A stretch of 58,580 nt of DNA, the filler included, from Sphacelaria rigidula (lineage: Eukaryota), in the NCBI GenBank assembly GCA_964200075.2. It is 6 parts of 6 records of this genome, joined end to end, with 100 filler letters (N's around TTAATTAATTAA, not from the genome) between each part and the next. Parts side by side here need not be neighbours in the genome. Positions count along the whole stretch, not along the records: positions 19,564 to 29,244 come from CAXNAA020007975.1; positions 29,345 to 39,023 come from CAXNAA020007976.1; 4 more parts are not named here. The stretch is one strand, 5' to 3'. This document shows, piece by piece, positions 26,501 through 39,123 of the stretch. Numbering within the stretch: position 1 is the first letter of the stretch; the number at the start of each line of letters is the position of its first letter. Position numbers and translations under genes: made by a program. The notes below the pieces were generated by a model. That model made no database searches, was not told where the DNA came from, and saw only the letters and a program-made list of their open reading frames with translations.

Positions 26501-27689
26501 TGGCAAAAATAAAAAAATGTGAAAACCAGACACTCGAGCTGCTGCGGTACAATCTGTCTAAGCCAGTGACGTTGATGGTGGCGAAAGGTGGTTTTGGTGT
26601 CACAATTTGGTGCTAAAGTCGCCATCATTGATGGCGTATCTGCCCTCGTTCCTCACAGTACCCGTGCTTTCTGGGATCGCGCGACTAGTGTGACTCTGTT
26701 GCGTCCACCGCGCATCACCGACCGCCGCACACCAGACCAGAACCCCTCAATTGGAACATGGACGATGCAACTACTGTGTACGTAAAAGGCGACATGACTG
26801 TACGGGGTGGCTTTCTGTGAGAGCAAAGCACAGAGACGAACAACCTCTCGCATCAAGCCTTATTGTCATTTACCCGAATGTCGGTGGAACTTCTTGATGC
26901 CTCACGTCGGGCATACAGTATAAACTACAGTACCACGGTACAGTACCTGCTGAACACGATGAGCTTGTCGACGTTTGAGAAAACCGCCTCCACTTCCGCG
27001 CGGGAGACGGCGGCAGGGTAGCAAAAGGAAAAGTCTGTTCGTGCGGTTGGAGCATGATCACTACTTTTGGAAGAATGGTCTTCTTGCTGCTCCACCCAGC
27101 GTACCAATGGAGAGTAGAACACGTCAATCAGTGTCTGTAGAAAAGAGGCAGTTGTAAACGACGAGGCGAAAAAGATCTTTCGGATTTTGAACTTCGATCA
27201 CGACCCGACAGTGCGGGGTGATGCATGTCACGCAGTCCGCGATGAGGGTCGGTTCTCGCTATCGGGTAGATTCTACATGGCGTGCTGACGTTCTTTTCTG
27301 GGGCAAAGACAATCTCGACAACATCCCGGAGTGGTACTTGTGTATCCGAAATCGCGCGGGATTCAATCAATCACTTACCCCGTTAAATAACTTTGGATTC
27401 ATCATGAACGCCTACAACGCGAAGTATCATTACTCCGGCCATGTGGTACCCACGTGTATACTTGTTTCTGTACCTGTTCTAGCGTCTAACGCACCTGCAT
27501 GTCATCGACATAGCGCCGTTCGCTGAGTAAGAGATCCTCGAGCACCTTGTGATGGCGGCTTATCGGTAGCCCAGGGACCCAAGATTTGCTCTTGGATATG
27601 CTTGTGGCCGGTGGTGCCGGAGCACTGCAGCCTTGCCCACTTTGCCGCCCCTGTTCCTCAGAGTCTAGAGTGCTGATCGTATTGCCCAT
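19813..27689 (-). CDS. Dbl-family RhoGEF (DH-PH) apparently fused to a C-terminal RGS domain; 3' end lies off the contig
   Basis: DH exons 27689-27495, 27134-26947, 26487-26403, 25940-25785 and 24686-24519 splice in phase (RHHKVLEDLLLSERRYVDDMQ/TLIDVFYSPL...VFSNVDKL...LRDLLVMPLQ/RISQYRLLV). PH-like exons are 23350-23230 (LEQICQDGPSTLHFILLGDRLSYS) and about 22984-22847. Exons 21586-20987, 20578-20454 and 20077-19813 splice in phase into an RGS domain. Junctions between 24519 and 21586 are only partly resolved. Confidence 0.75.
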
Positions 27690-28499
27690 CGTAGCTATCG
27701 CAGAAAGAGCAACAGAGCTTTCAATTCTTAACGGTGGATTTAGTGAGCTGTAGCAGCCCCCAATAGCCGGCCGCGGGTATAGCCGTGCGTACAATAAAGA
27801 ATGACCCCACGTGATACATATAAGATCTTTGGATCGCGGATGCGGCAAAGACGATCTCGGAGTTTTCTCTCGTTTCTTCCCTTCACACTGAACCACAATC
27901 GGTAGTCAGTTCCCGCTTGTTTTCGGAGATATAATCCTGAGTAGTTGTTTTTTAGTACATGTAGAGTGAAGTACGGTACCGGCTCGCTAGTAAGAAATAC
28001 TATAGCTGGCCTAGACCTCAAAATACTACTACTACGGTTCAACTGCCTTTCCTACTCGAGGAATTCTGAATGTTTGCGACGAAAATATCACGAAAAATCC
28101 ACGGTTTCGACCAGGCTTGTTCAGAATAAACGCCCAAAATGTATTTCCCACTAGAAGATTGTACCAACGCAAAACTGACCCAACAATAGAAACATGCATG
28201 ACAGTATAGTGGCCCTCAAGAGCAAGCGAACAGTGTGAGATAGCTGAAGTTCTTATTTCATCCTTTGCTGTTGCGGTAGTAGTGAAAATGTTTCTCGGCC
28301 TATCAGGGGCATTCAACGTGTTCTGAAATTGAAAATGTGAATTTCCGACACACTTTGTGGTCAATCTTGATGTAAATCAAATCTTAGTAACCGCTATTTG
28401 GTATGGAATCTAGCGCAAAAATCGTACTTGAAATCGATGTCTACGGGATCGGGTTATACTCCACACCGTGGTACTTGGCACTGGTCCCAAACGGCCGAT

Positions 28500-29175
28500 A
28501 ACGGCTGATCATCAAAATTGAGGGTGGAGCTTTTCACTGAGGATGAGAACCTGGAGGATTAAAATCTTCGTATCCACACCAAATCTTCGAAATATCGTTC
28601 CATTCCTTAACATATACTGGTAGCTATTGACAAGTACTACACGCCATACAAATTTGGATTTCAAAAACAAAAATGTTGGGGTCCTAGGTGAAAAATCATT
28701 TTTAACAAAAACGTTTTTGTGAGGTTAAGAGTAGGGCGCTGGTTGAGAGTGGCTTTGATCATTCGCTTCAACATTATTAGCCAATTTTCATTCCGTGTGC
28801 TTTGCCTCCATCACTGGCGTGTGCTTATAGCTACAACACGTCGATATCCTACTCATAGATATCAAGAAGAGTCTCAGTCGCGAGCTACTACAGAAAGCAT
28901 AATATCGGGACTCGTGGAGGCGCATTTCGGGACTGAAACGAGTCATTCACTAATCGACCGCTTTTCACTCTCAATCGTATCCTCTACTACTCTCGAACTC
29001 ACGAAAAAGGCTCGATTCTGTGTTAGGGGAGAATCGATGTTTGTGTTTTTCGTTTCGGCGATCCAATCGGATCACCTAAATTCCCGAAAGTTGTTACTTC
29101 ATCTAGGACCCCATCACTTCGGTTATTGAAATTCAAATTTGTAGGGTGTGTAGCAATTGTCAATAGCTACCAGTA
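28500..29175. mobile_element. Longer member of the foldback family with ~350 bp of extra internal sequence
   Basis: The left arm (28500-28700) and partial right arm (29050-29175) match 32920-33362. Confidence 0.7.
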
Positions 29176-29244
29176 AACAGCCGATCCTAATATTTGGGGT
29201 TGAAACAAAATATGAGGTTGAAGTCCCATCCCTTCATTGCAGGG

Positions 29245-29344
29245 NNNNNNNNNNNNNNNNNNNNNNNNNNNNNNNNNNNNNNNNNNNNTTAATTAATTAA
29301 NNNNNNNNNNNNNNNNNNNNNNNNNNNNNNNNNNNNNNNNNNNN
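29245..29344. other. Artificial contig spacer
   Basis: 44 N + TTAATTAATTAA + 44 N. Confidence 0.98.
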
Positions 29345-29745
29345 TGGGGACAAAAAACGTCCTCTTTTTCACCCCGAAATCGAGGCAAAAGTGTGCTTTC
29401 GCACATACCCTTTGGGGTCGTGTACCGGCGAGGTATATCATTTTCGCAGTCTCGTGTCGCGACGTGCGCCCTTTGAGCACATCAGCTCAGAAAGACCAAA
29501 CAGATATTTCGAACCTCTGTTTATGAACACGTAGTATCTTGTCGGCCCGCCGTTCCTATGGAAAGTCGGCGGCGTCTCTGCCTTGGCAGGCTGCGTGAAT
29601 TCTTCCGATCGGGGAGTCACGACGAGAACCTCACTCTCAAATAACGTCAAAGAATTGCTCCAATAGCATGCCCCGTACAGCACGCAAACAGCCATACTCG
29701 TGTTTCGAAGGGGGTAACGGTATGACGACACCTAAGATACCGTAC

Positions 29746-32700
29746 CTGCTCGACCGTGGAAACGTTCCTGACAAATACGCTCGTCGTGACGGTGTCGCCG
29801 GGACAGGCGGGAGCCATGTTCAGCACCGTGTGGCTTATGCTCACCACCGGGTCTATGCCACACCCGCGACACCTTTTTTATTGTTGCAAGAAATAACCGT
29901 ATGGGACGCACTTTACTACGCTGCGTGGGGTAGCGTGCTTGCAGGTTTCGTTGCTGCAGTTTACTCACGACTCAGGGCGACGCGCTACGCCCGTCGGTGG
30001 CAAAACCCCGGCGAAGTAGTGTAAACCACAGGCACGAGCTCAAGAAGTTACGACTCTCGCGGCGTTGTTGAAAATCTCAGCAAGCTTGTCTGTGTTGCTG
30101 TTTGACCGCCATACGTGCGCAGCTCTGGAAGTGTGACCGACACAAACACTTTCCCTGACCAAGGTGTCCATTGGTGAATTTCAAACACGATCTTTGTGGG
30201 TATCTCGTCAGGTCTTCGGGACTACGGCTAGACGGCACCCACCAACAGCGCCACGGTCCAATGGGGGCAACAATGTTCAATCTCTTGTGCAAACGTTTCG
30301 GGATCAGACGTCGTGCTCGAATGCTCCTGCAACATGTATTCTCAGAACCTCGGCGATCGGATAACCAAGCCCATTTTAGGTCGCGGATGTCTTTTGCTTC
30401 ACCACCACCTCACCTCATGCTGGTGGTCTGACCCATCGACGTTCGGAACGTGAGGGTAGAGTTGTGCGCTACGGCCGACGTGGGGCTAAAGACAGCTTGT
30501 ATCCATCGCTGCTCGCCCGGAAGCAGCGCACCGAAACCGTCGGCTGGCTGGATCATAACCTAGTAACGCGTGCGGGTGGCATTCCAGAACACGACAGAGT
30601 AGTGCTACTGGGTTGAAGGTATCCTGACACGGTTGACGGACCCTCAACATGACGTAGCATGGTGATGCCATGGTGTTTACCTGAATCGCTGCAATTCACA
30701 TGTGGTGGATGGTTATGTGGATATATGGAAAGCGTAATGCTTCGCTAGAATTTGACATGTGGATATGGAGGTATACCAACAAATCACAACATGATATTTG
30801 TTGTGAACGGTTTGTTGTTTTTCCTGCTGTCCTTCAGACTGGAACCTGTGTTCTCCTCTCACTTCGGTGTCACAGAGGGTGGCTGGTCAGCTTTCTTTGT
30901 TGAACACCGGTAAATTTTTCATTCAATGACCGCTCGCGTATCGAAATACCCTTTGCTGAAAATTGACGCGCCGTTTACCGTGTCATCTACTCTCAGGTTT
31001 CCGGGTGCTCTAGACACGGTTATCTTCGACACATTGCTCGTCGTCAAATCGTACCCATCACATCACCAGTGATATTACCCCAAAGAAATGGAAAAATCCA
31101 AAGCTGATCCCGGGTGATATTGCATTTGACCCTCAACTCACCTCGGCGGGGTTCGACATGAACCCAAATTTCAACGGGAGCTGGCTTGTATTCCTCAGAG
31201 AGACTCGTTTGACGACACTCTGTCCAACAAAGCAGGGCCCAAACTTCACTTCCTCTCCTTCGCTATCCCCTCTCTTTGCCCTAGCGTCATCGCTGTGGCC
31301 GTTCTCTATACTCCCATCTCCCAGTGCACTACCGCATTCCACTTCCACCTTCCACCCGGAGATCCTAGACAAAAGTGTCAGACGCGCAGGGAACGCCTGT
31401 CCAGGTATATCCACCCGTACAGGGACCGCGATGATGCCTCCTGCTCCGTGACCACCTGCAGCGTCTGCTTCTTCCTGTAGTAGTTTACCTTCGTGTTCTG
31501 TCACATTTATCGACCATGGTGCTTTACGCCTCTGGTAGGTAGGCGCAGCAGTCATTGTTTTTACATCGGGATGATACCCGTTTTGAATAGGTACATCATC
31601 GTAACGTTAACTGCTGATGTACGCTTTGCTTATCCTCTGGGAGTTCTCAAGATATGAACCGATATAAAGGTGCCATCAGCCATCAACCTATCTGATATGC
31701 AATCAACAAGCAAACTTAGCCCTACACGACCATTTTTTCTATGATTAAGTGCCACTAGGTTAGGTAACATTGCCCGCCACCAATACGAACCCCTCCCCAC
31801 CTCTTGGGTGCCCTCATTGTCACGTGGTATGCAACGGTCCGCTTCAGTAGACCGGATCGCTTTTAAATGGTCTCGTTGTTGGGGGAGCTGTACTCCCCAG
31901 CCATCGCGCACGCATCGGGCCAGGCAGTCGTCGTCGGGGCGGAACCGAAGGCCGAACTCGAAATTCGAGTCTGGCTGAACGAAACCCATGTCCGGACTGA
32001 AGGTTGCACAGTGCCGAAGGCAAGAGGGCACTCGTGCCACGACCTTCATCGCGATCTTGCCTCTGTTGCGTATGCGTATCTATTCTCAATGATGGAGTGT
32101 TATTGTAACGTCCGACACACACGTATGCGCAAGGCTCATCAGGGTTATATCTACCTGGTACGTGATCCACTGCCACGACATAAAGCATCACATTTTTCAA
32201 ACATACTCTAGTAGTGTGACGTTATAAGTACACCATATTTTATAGATCCACTACAACAGCCTTTTATAGTTGGAGAGAGGAGATGGCGGGCCCCAATATG
32301 ATCAAGCATCGAGTCATCCCGTGAAGATCGTGTACATTTATTCAGATGAGTTCGCCAAGCCGTACTGCATTTTCCCGCCGTAAGCTCTTCTGTAATAACG
32401 CCACCGGTTTAAGGGGGGTGAACGCCACAACCATTCAGTGAAGCATCGTCGAACGATATCTCTTCCGGTATGTTTTTGACAGCGGGAAAGCGCGGCGAAA
32501 AAACGAAACCCTACCCGATGGCTTCACGCCACGTACACTTCCTCACTGTCTGCTTCTTTTGCAGCGAATGTGCAAAGTCGAAAATTGTACCACCGATCGC
32601 TACAAAACCAAGCACAAAATCAACCGGATGATTGAAACGACAACCCGGGCCATCGAGCTCTGAATCGGGCGCAGTGTATCCCGTAATCACCGTGAATACA

Positions 32701-35700
32701 AACTTTGAGACAATAGGCGTTATTTACATCTATCTGATTTGGGGCATCCGCTGTATTGTTTTTCTTCACGAGGCACAGTTCGCTCGGACCCAGATAGTGT
32801 ATAGCGAGGATGGAGGCACAGAGTCTTCAATTGTGCCGCGCTCTCTCGCCTGGTCAATGCTTTTTCAACAAGACGTACCATAAAGATTGGTGAAAACATG
32901 CGATTACTGTGTATCTTATAACAGTCGATCATCGATATTGAGGATGGAGCTTTTCATCGAGGATGAGAACCCAAAAAATAAAATCTTTGTACCCGTACCA
33001 AATATTCGAAACATGGTTCCATTCCTTCACCTACTGGTAGCTGTTGACAGCTACTACACGCCATGCAAAATTGGGTTTTGATAACCGAAATGTTGGGGTC
33101 CTAGGTGAAAAAATTATTTCGGGGAACTTCGGCGATCCAATCGGATCACCTCAATTCCCCGAAATTGTTTCTTCATCTACGACCCCAACATTTCGGTGAT
33201 CGAAATCCGAATTTGTAGGGAGTGTGGTAGTTGTCAATATCTACCAGTAGGCGAAGGAATTGAGCCATATTTCGAAGATTTGGTGCGGATACGAAGATTT
33301 CAATTTTCCGGGTTCTCATCCTCAGTAAAAAGCTCCATCCTCACTTTCGATGATCGACTGTTTTATCCTACAGAATGTGGCACCTTCTTGATGTAGAGTT
33401 TGCCAACAACGCAGCACCGCAGATCGGTCGACGGTTCTTCTGGGAAAACGGCCACGGGGGCGCTAGAGGCCTCCACAACCAACCGGAATTCATCGAGACT
33501 GCCCTCAAACTTGATAATCTGGGGGAAAATGACGCGAAGTAGGCGACGAAATAGTTTCGAAGTGTGAACGTCAGGTTGACCTCGCTATGTGAGACGAACA
33601 AGACGGGAAACAAAACAGAGGATACTTGCTGTTGGTTCCCGAAGCGCTTTCCCTGAGCCGAGTACATTTCACCGCATTGCGTAAACGCGAGAGATCCATC
33701 TCCATTGAGGATGGACCTACAGCGTATATCTGTGAACGACGTAACGGACAAATGTATAGCCGAGTCGGCGGTATAGGAGCACCCCATGGTAGTAGTCACG
33801 TTTTGGACTACATATGACAAAAAAAGTCGGTGTACCGCTGGATGCGATGTATGCCTACATCGTTTCCAACTCTGCACCCTTCGCACTTGACGCATGCACG
33901 GACCACTAAGTAACGCTGCGTCTGTATTTCGACGGAAGATACAACACGCAGCCGAAATACCCTATCGAAGATACCTAAAAATAATGCCACCTAACAACAC
34001 ACGACATGCACCTTGACAACGCGGAACTCTCCGACATTCAACGGAGCAAATGTCACCACAATCTCCGAAGATTCGTACGCGCCAACTTTGCCCCCCGCTT
34101 GCCCCGCCATCCCGCCCTCTCCACCGCTGCCGCCTTCGCCAGCGTGCACCTCAATCTCGGCACGGCCCTCCTTGTGCCTGAGAGCCGCATTTCGAATCGC
34201 GGCGGTGCGCGCCAAAAGTTGTCCTTCGGTCTTTGGCAGAGCGTCACGCAACGCAACACCAGAAGATGGATCCCCGTCTTTCCCTTCCTTCATGTGATCC
34301 TCGGGGAGTTCCTCGGGTTGGAGATCCCCGTTGAATGCCGCCGCGATTGAATTGTCGTTGCCGTCGTTTGGAATCTGTTGTGCAGGCGTGGGCTCCGGTG
34401 TTTGTTGGAGCTTCGCCGATGGCAGCAGGGGCGGGGAGGAGGGTGGGGAACCCGGAACCGCTGGGGAGATATCTTGGATCGTGAAACGGGTCGGAATGGC
34501 GCCAGTATTGGTGACCACAACGCGTGCCGTCTGCCGATCACGCGGCGGTGTGCAGATAAGATATGACGGCAGTAACGGGGAATCAAGCCAACGCCCGGCA
34601 ATCCAGTCCGGAAACGCTTGAAGTGAGAGAGTGGAAGCGGCTCGGACTGCTGCTACCCGAGGGGATATGCCCACACTTCAATAGCCAACGACTTCGCTAA
34701 TGAGACGCCACGAAGCCCCCGGGATGATACGTTGTATTCTGTACGTTCGGTCAACTCTCAGGATCACGGCTCTTCGAGCACAATGAGCCCGGGAATCACT
34801 TACAACTTGGTTTTACGGCGGGGGATAGACTTAGGCACGGCTGCTCCGGTCAGCATCGACATGTGCCAAGCACGATGAACTATGACGACAACCATTTGAC
34901 ACCACACATCTGACACCCCGAAGCTGCACCAATCAGGACCTGATGAATCGATATCCCACAAACCGTGTGTGAAGCCGGGTTACACAGTGACGTCGCCTCA
35001 CTAGAGGCACGCAATTCTCTCCGGAACATCCACACCAGGACAGTAGAGAGCCTTTGACTGTTGCTCTGAGAACACGCGTTTACCCAGAGTTGAGTTCCCG
35101 GAACCATCTCGAGTATTCGTATGTCCGCTTTTGACTGAATTGTATAAATGTATTCGTATGGTCGGACTTGAGTTATCTGAATCGCCTTGAGCGCTCGTAG
35201 GATACGGGTATCTTTTTCATCACTTGCTTCATGAAAACAAATTGGCCAGAAAACTCTAACAACCTTTTGGAAGCTTTCATTTTCGTGAGAGAGAGTTCTG
35301 AGTCTTGCGGGTTCAATGGATCCTCCTTGAGTGAGATCTATGGTACGAGATCACTCCATACTAAAACAAAATGAAAAAAATGAATGAATTGAGACACACC
35401 TCCTTCTCTCCAGTAACTGTCCCTTGGAAGACCACGAGGTTTGTCGAGAGCGACGGTTTCACCCTGCGAGCGGTGCAAACGACCGGAATGGACAAACGAC
35501 CCGTTTGGGTCCTGATCGGCAGCTCCGTAAATATATCCTCGTCCACCTTGTTAATGAACGGGAGGACAAGCAAACACCCCGGTAGACGGCGACTGACTTA
35601 CGCAAAAGTTATGCAGAACATGCCCTCGAAGAACATGTCGCAGTTATCTCTAATATGTTTTAAAATAGTTTTGTTAGTTGCATCCTGCAGGTGGGTGCAG

Positions 35701-37857
35701 GAAGTATTCATCCTCATTGAGTTTTTTTTTTCTGTTTAGCTCCGTGACCGCGACGTTGGTGGAATGTTCTGTGGCGGATTGAAATATCATGTCTGGAACA
35801 CACTCTCGTGGTCGACTTCCCGAGGGATGGCCACGTCATAGGTGTGGTGCCGTGGGAGGCTGAGGTGGCTATATCGCGCAATATGCGTGTTATGACGGCA
35901 AACCATTTCGCACGTACGATAGTGCACGCGCTTTTGATGTCGGTCCACGTCGACAATACTGCAAGTTCACATCCCAATAAGGATAAAAGAGCCATCGAGG
36001 TTTCGACAACCCTACGACCGTTGATCCAAACCGAGAACGTGGGCCTGCCGTTGCGGACAATACATGGGTCTTGCAATTTGACGTCCTCCATCATGACACG
36101 GGTCAGCGGATAGATGAGGCAGTGGAACTATTTTGTTGAGAAAGAAAAGCGGGTGCACAGTCACCATCTACAAAATTTGAAACGTTTTCTGAGACCTCGT
36201 TATCCTTGTCGACGTTATCGCTACTGGTGTCGACGTCATTACAGTGGGACTGAACATCACTTTCAACGCCGCGTATACCTTTGGGATGAACACAATGTCG
36301 ACGGCACAAGTCATTCCCGCCGATAGACGCCCTGGTTTCGAGTAGGTCACCTAGCAAAACAGACAGACATCGTCCCAATCAAGGGTTAGTGGTTGGAAGG
36401 GCAAGTGGCTCGAGTGGGAATTAGGAGCCGCGCGAAAACATGATGACATCTTCTACCTCTGTCGTATTATCCGAGTCGACGGACGCCTTCTACAACAGCG
36501 GGTTTTCCCTCTTAAATTATGTCACGGGAACGCAGTCAAAAATGGAGCATGGCGTTAACCTGTAACACCGTCACATAGTTTCCAGGATTCGTTTTGTTCG
36601 ATCACGACGATGTTTGACCTCGGGCAAGGTATTCTCAACTGCGGATATATAGCTATCTTCCGTCAAACGTCATCTTGTGCGACCTTTTGACGTGATTTCC
36701 CATGTGGTTCATCGCAGCTATCGCCAATTAAGTCAGATCTAGGCGAATGTCGAACTCCGCGAGCAGACCTAAATCAATACTCCTTGCTTGGAGTAGGCCG
36801 GCTATATCCTGACGTTCTCGCAATCTAATGCGTAGTTCCGATATGGAAAGCGCGAGCGCACCCCCCTGGGCTGCCAGTTGCTCAGTGATGCACAAACAAA
36901 GCTATTAATAGGAACGCACCCGAAAGAATCTTGTGATCTCGTCTGGCATCTCGAGGACTTTGAAGGTATTGAACGTGAGGCTGACATTCGTGAGCACGAC
37001 TCTTCGCCTGTGCACCTTTTCGAGGGAGGAATGACGGTGGACACATCAATGCAAAAGTGGACCAGCGATGCAAAAGTGGACCGTTGCGAAGGAACAGTGA
37101 TTGCATGTAGTTTCATCTTTATGAAGATTGCCATACAGCTCCCCTAGTTGGACCTCGTCTCCTGTGCAGAAATATGTTTCGTTCAAAATGGCATCGAGGA
37201 TTGCTTTCGTATCCAGGTTTCAGCCTTTCGAGCGCCCGTGATGGACACTTGGACCTGAGCGTTAATTTTTCAAGTGAAGTGCTGCCAATTCGACAAATGG
37301 ACGGTCGAAGGGATACTAACGGACTGCCCATATCTGCAAACAAATTCGGCAGTACTGCGCGTATTTTGCATGTTTTCGCTCGCGCAGCTGTTTTTTGTTA
37401 AGCGGAGAAGGCAAAAACGTGCGGTACGAGTATAGGTACGGTGGAGCAGCATAGCAGCATTGTGCGATAAAACGAGGGTACGCGGAGAAGCGAAGCAATC
37501 CAGCTGTGGGAGTGGAGCGAAATGGAAGCGCAAAATATAGTGGTGCATCGAACAACCCACGCCCCACGTACGGCACTTCGTGCTAAGCAGACCGAAGCTG
37601 GAGTCAAGGATGCTAGGTAGTCTATATGTCATCCCACATGGCACACGCGCAAAATCGATAGCCGGACCATTGATAGCACCTACGTTATCAAACATTTTCC
37701 CTCAGCAACATGAGTCGGTGGTACCGAACCACCCCACCTTCCTCACTTGTCAGCAAGTAATGCTTCTCACCTTTCCGACGGTGAAGTCCGTGAAGACGAC
37801 TCGTTCTGGCTTGGACACGAACGCCGGCCTGTCCTGGAACACCCTGCCAGCTGCCAT
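29746..37857 (-). CDS. CFAP74: Cilia- and flagella-associated protein 74 (ASH/Ig-like domains), internal part
   Basis: Ten AG/GT exons join in phase: 37857-37771, 37015-36920, 36350-36279, 35546-35400, 34530-34012, 33518-33384, 32079-31801, 31531-31142, 30559-30414, 29872-29746. Motifs GRVFQDRPAFVSKPERVVFTDFTVGK, KPGRLSAGMTC, TQTGRLSIPVVC, NRGKIAMK, RNTSQLPLKFGF and IQPADGFGALLPGE occur in the order I recall for CFAP74. Confidence 0.88.
32920..33362. mobile_element. ~440-bp foldback (almost fully palindromic) element in a CFAP74 intron
   Basis: Ends are AACAGTCGATCATCGA and TCGATGATCGACTGTT. The arms pair imperfectly to a centre at GATCCAATCGGATC (~33140). TTAT flanks both sides. Confidence 0.85.
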
Positions 37858-38324
37858 CTATCGAGTGCAACAGCCGGGCGTGAGAGAACGACGTGCTTCA
37901 AGGTGGCCTTGGGTGTGTCCGAGATTCTGGTCAGCGAGTTATCGCAAACCGACAACTCCATACATGAGACAAGCACCTTTCCTCCACACCACGAGTACAA
38001 AAACGCGGGCCACATACTCTGCCGTTGAGCTGGTGGGCAACCTCTTCCCGTTAATTATGACAACAAAAGCAACATCTCTAAATATATTACATCTTCTCCT
38101 CTGAACGGTTGCGCAGCGAAGTTCACGATACACTGTCGGGTGCTCCGTCACTGGTGTTTGCATGTAGATGGAACGTAGGCATTTCTGCACCTTCACGAGA
38201 CCACAGTGCGTTTGATGAGTCGGCGTCGACGGGGGAATATGAACACATACACCGGGAGTAACACGACAAATACATCGGCGTCGAGGTGGGGTTTGAAACG
38301 TTTCGCCGCACCCCTTCGGTTTTC

Positions 38325-38610
38325 CTTTCCATCATACTTTTACCTCCCCTCCCTCCTCGGGACGAACCCGTTGTCTCAAGGGATAAACCCGTCTCTCCGC
38401 CGATACACGCCTTGCACTAAAGCATCGCGGATAGGCGCAGCAACCCTGCACCGCGTCGACTGTCCAAAAAAACATGTTTGGTACTCACGCTCTGGAGCTT
38501 TCAGCGGAATACTTTGAAGGGAAAAAGTCGGCGTCTACCGGGATTGGAGACCTCAAAACTTCCTGCTGAAACAGATTTCAGTTGTATCTCTTAGACCACC
38601 GGGCTAGAGA
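38325..38610 (-). mobile_element. tRNA-derived SINE sharing the family A body
   Basis: The reverse strand reads cccggtggtctaag...ccaatccc, then cgcggtgc...tgcaaggcgtgta.cgg.ggagaga...atcccttgagac.acgg...cgtcccgagga as in 5518-5625. Confidence 0.7.
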
Positions 38611-39023
38611 CGTGGAACTTTGGATATTTATCTTACTGACAATAGAAAGAAAGGCACACCCATTATTCACAAAGCTGCCTGCCCGCGAAAGCTGCTCAGT
38701 AATGACGGAAATCCGATATCCCTATCCGAGTCATCCTACGATAGGGGGGGGGGGGGTTTTTGGGCCACTTCCTGCTCGAAATTTCGAGTTAAATCGTCGT
38801 TGAAAGCAGCAACGGTTGTTCGAACGAGCTTGTTGTGGATTAGTTACGCTCATCCATACTGCTTGACACCGTTTGTAACCAAAAACAAGCGCAATGCAAG
38901 TGTGGCAGGTCGTCTGACACACTCACGAGCCTCTTTTTTCGTGCAACCAAATACCCACCCCCCCACCCCCCCCCCCCCCCCCCCCCCCCATACCCCCCCC
39001 CCCCCCCCACCACAAGCACGCTC

Positions 39024-39123
39024 NNNNNNNNNNNNNNNNNNNNNNNNNNNNNNNNNNNNNNNNNNNNTTAATTAATTAANNNNNNNNNNNNNNNNNNNNN
39101 NNNNNNNNNNNNNNNNNNNNNNN
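39024..39123. other. Artificial contig spacer
   Basis: 44 N + TTAATTAATTAA + 44 N. Confidence 0.98.

Noticed and set aside
29668-30024. + strand 118-aa ORF with an apparent transmembrane helix
   Set aside because: It is the antisense shadow of CFAP74 exon 29872-29746 and its intron.
38954-39010. Poly-C or poly-G tracts and poly-Pro ORFs at contig ends
   Set aside because: They are likely sequencing-limited homopolymers that broke the assembly, and their length is unreliable.
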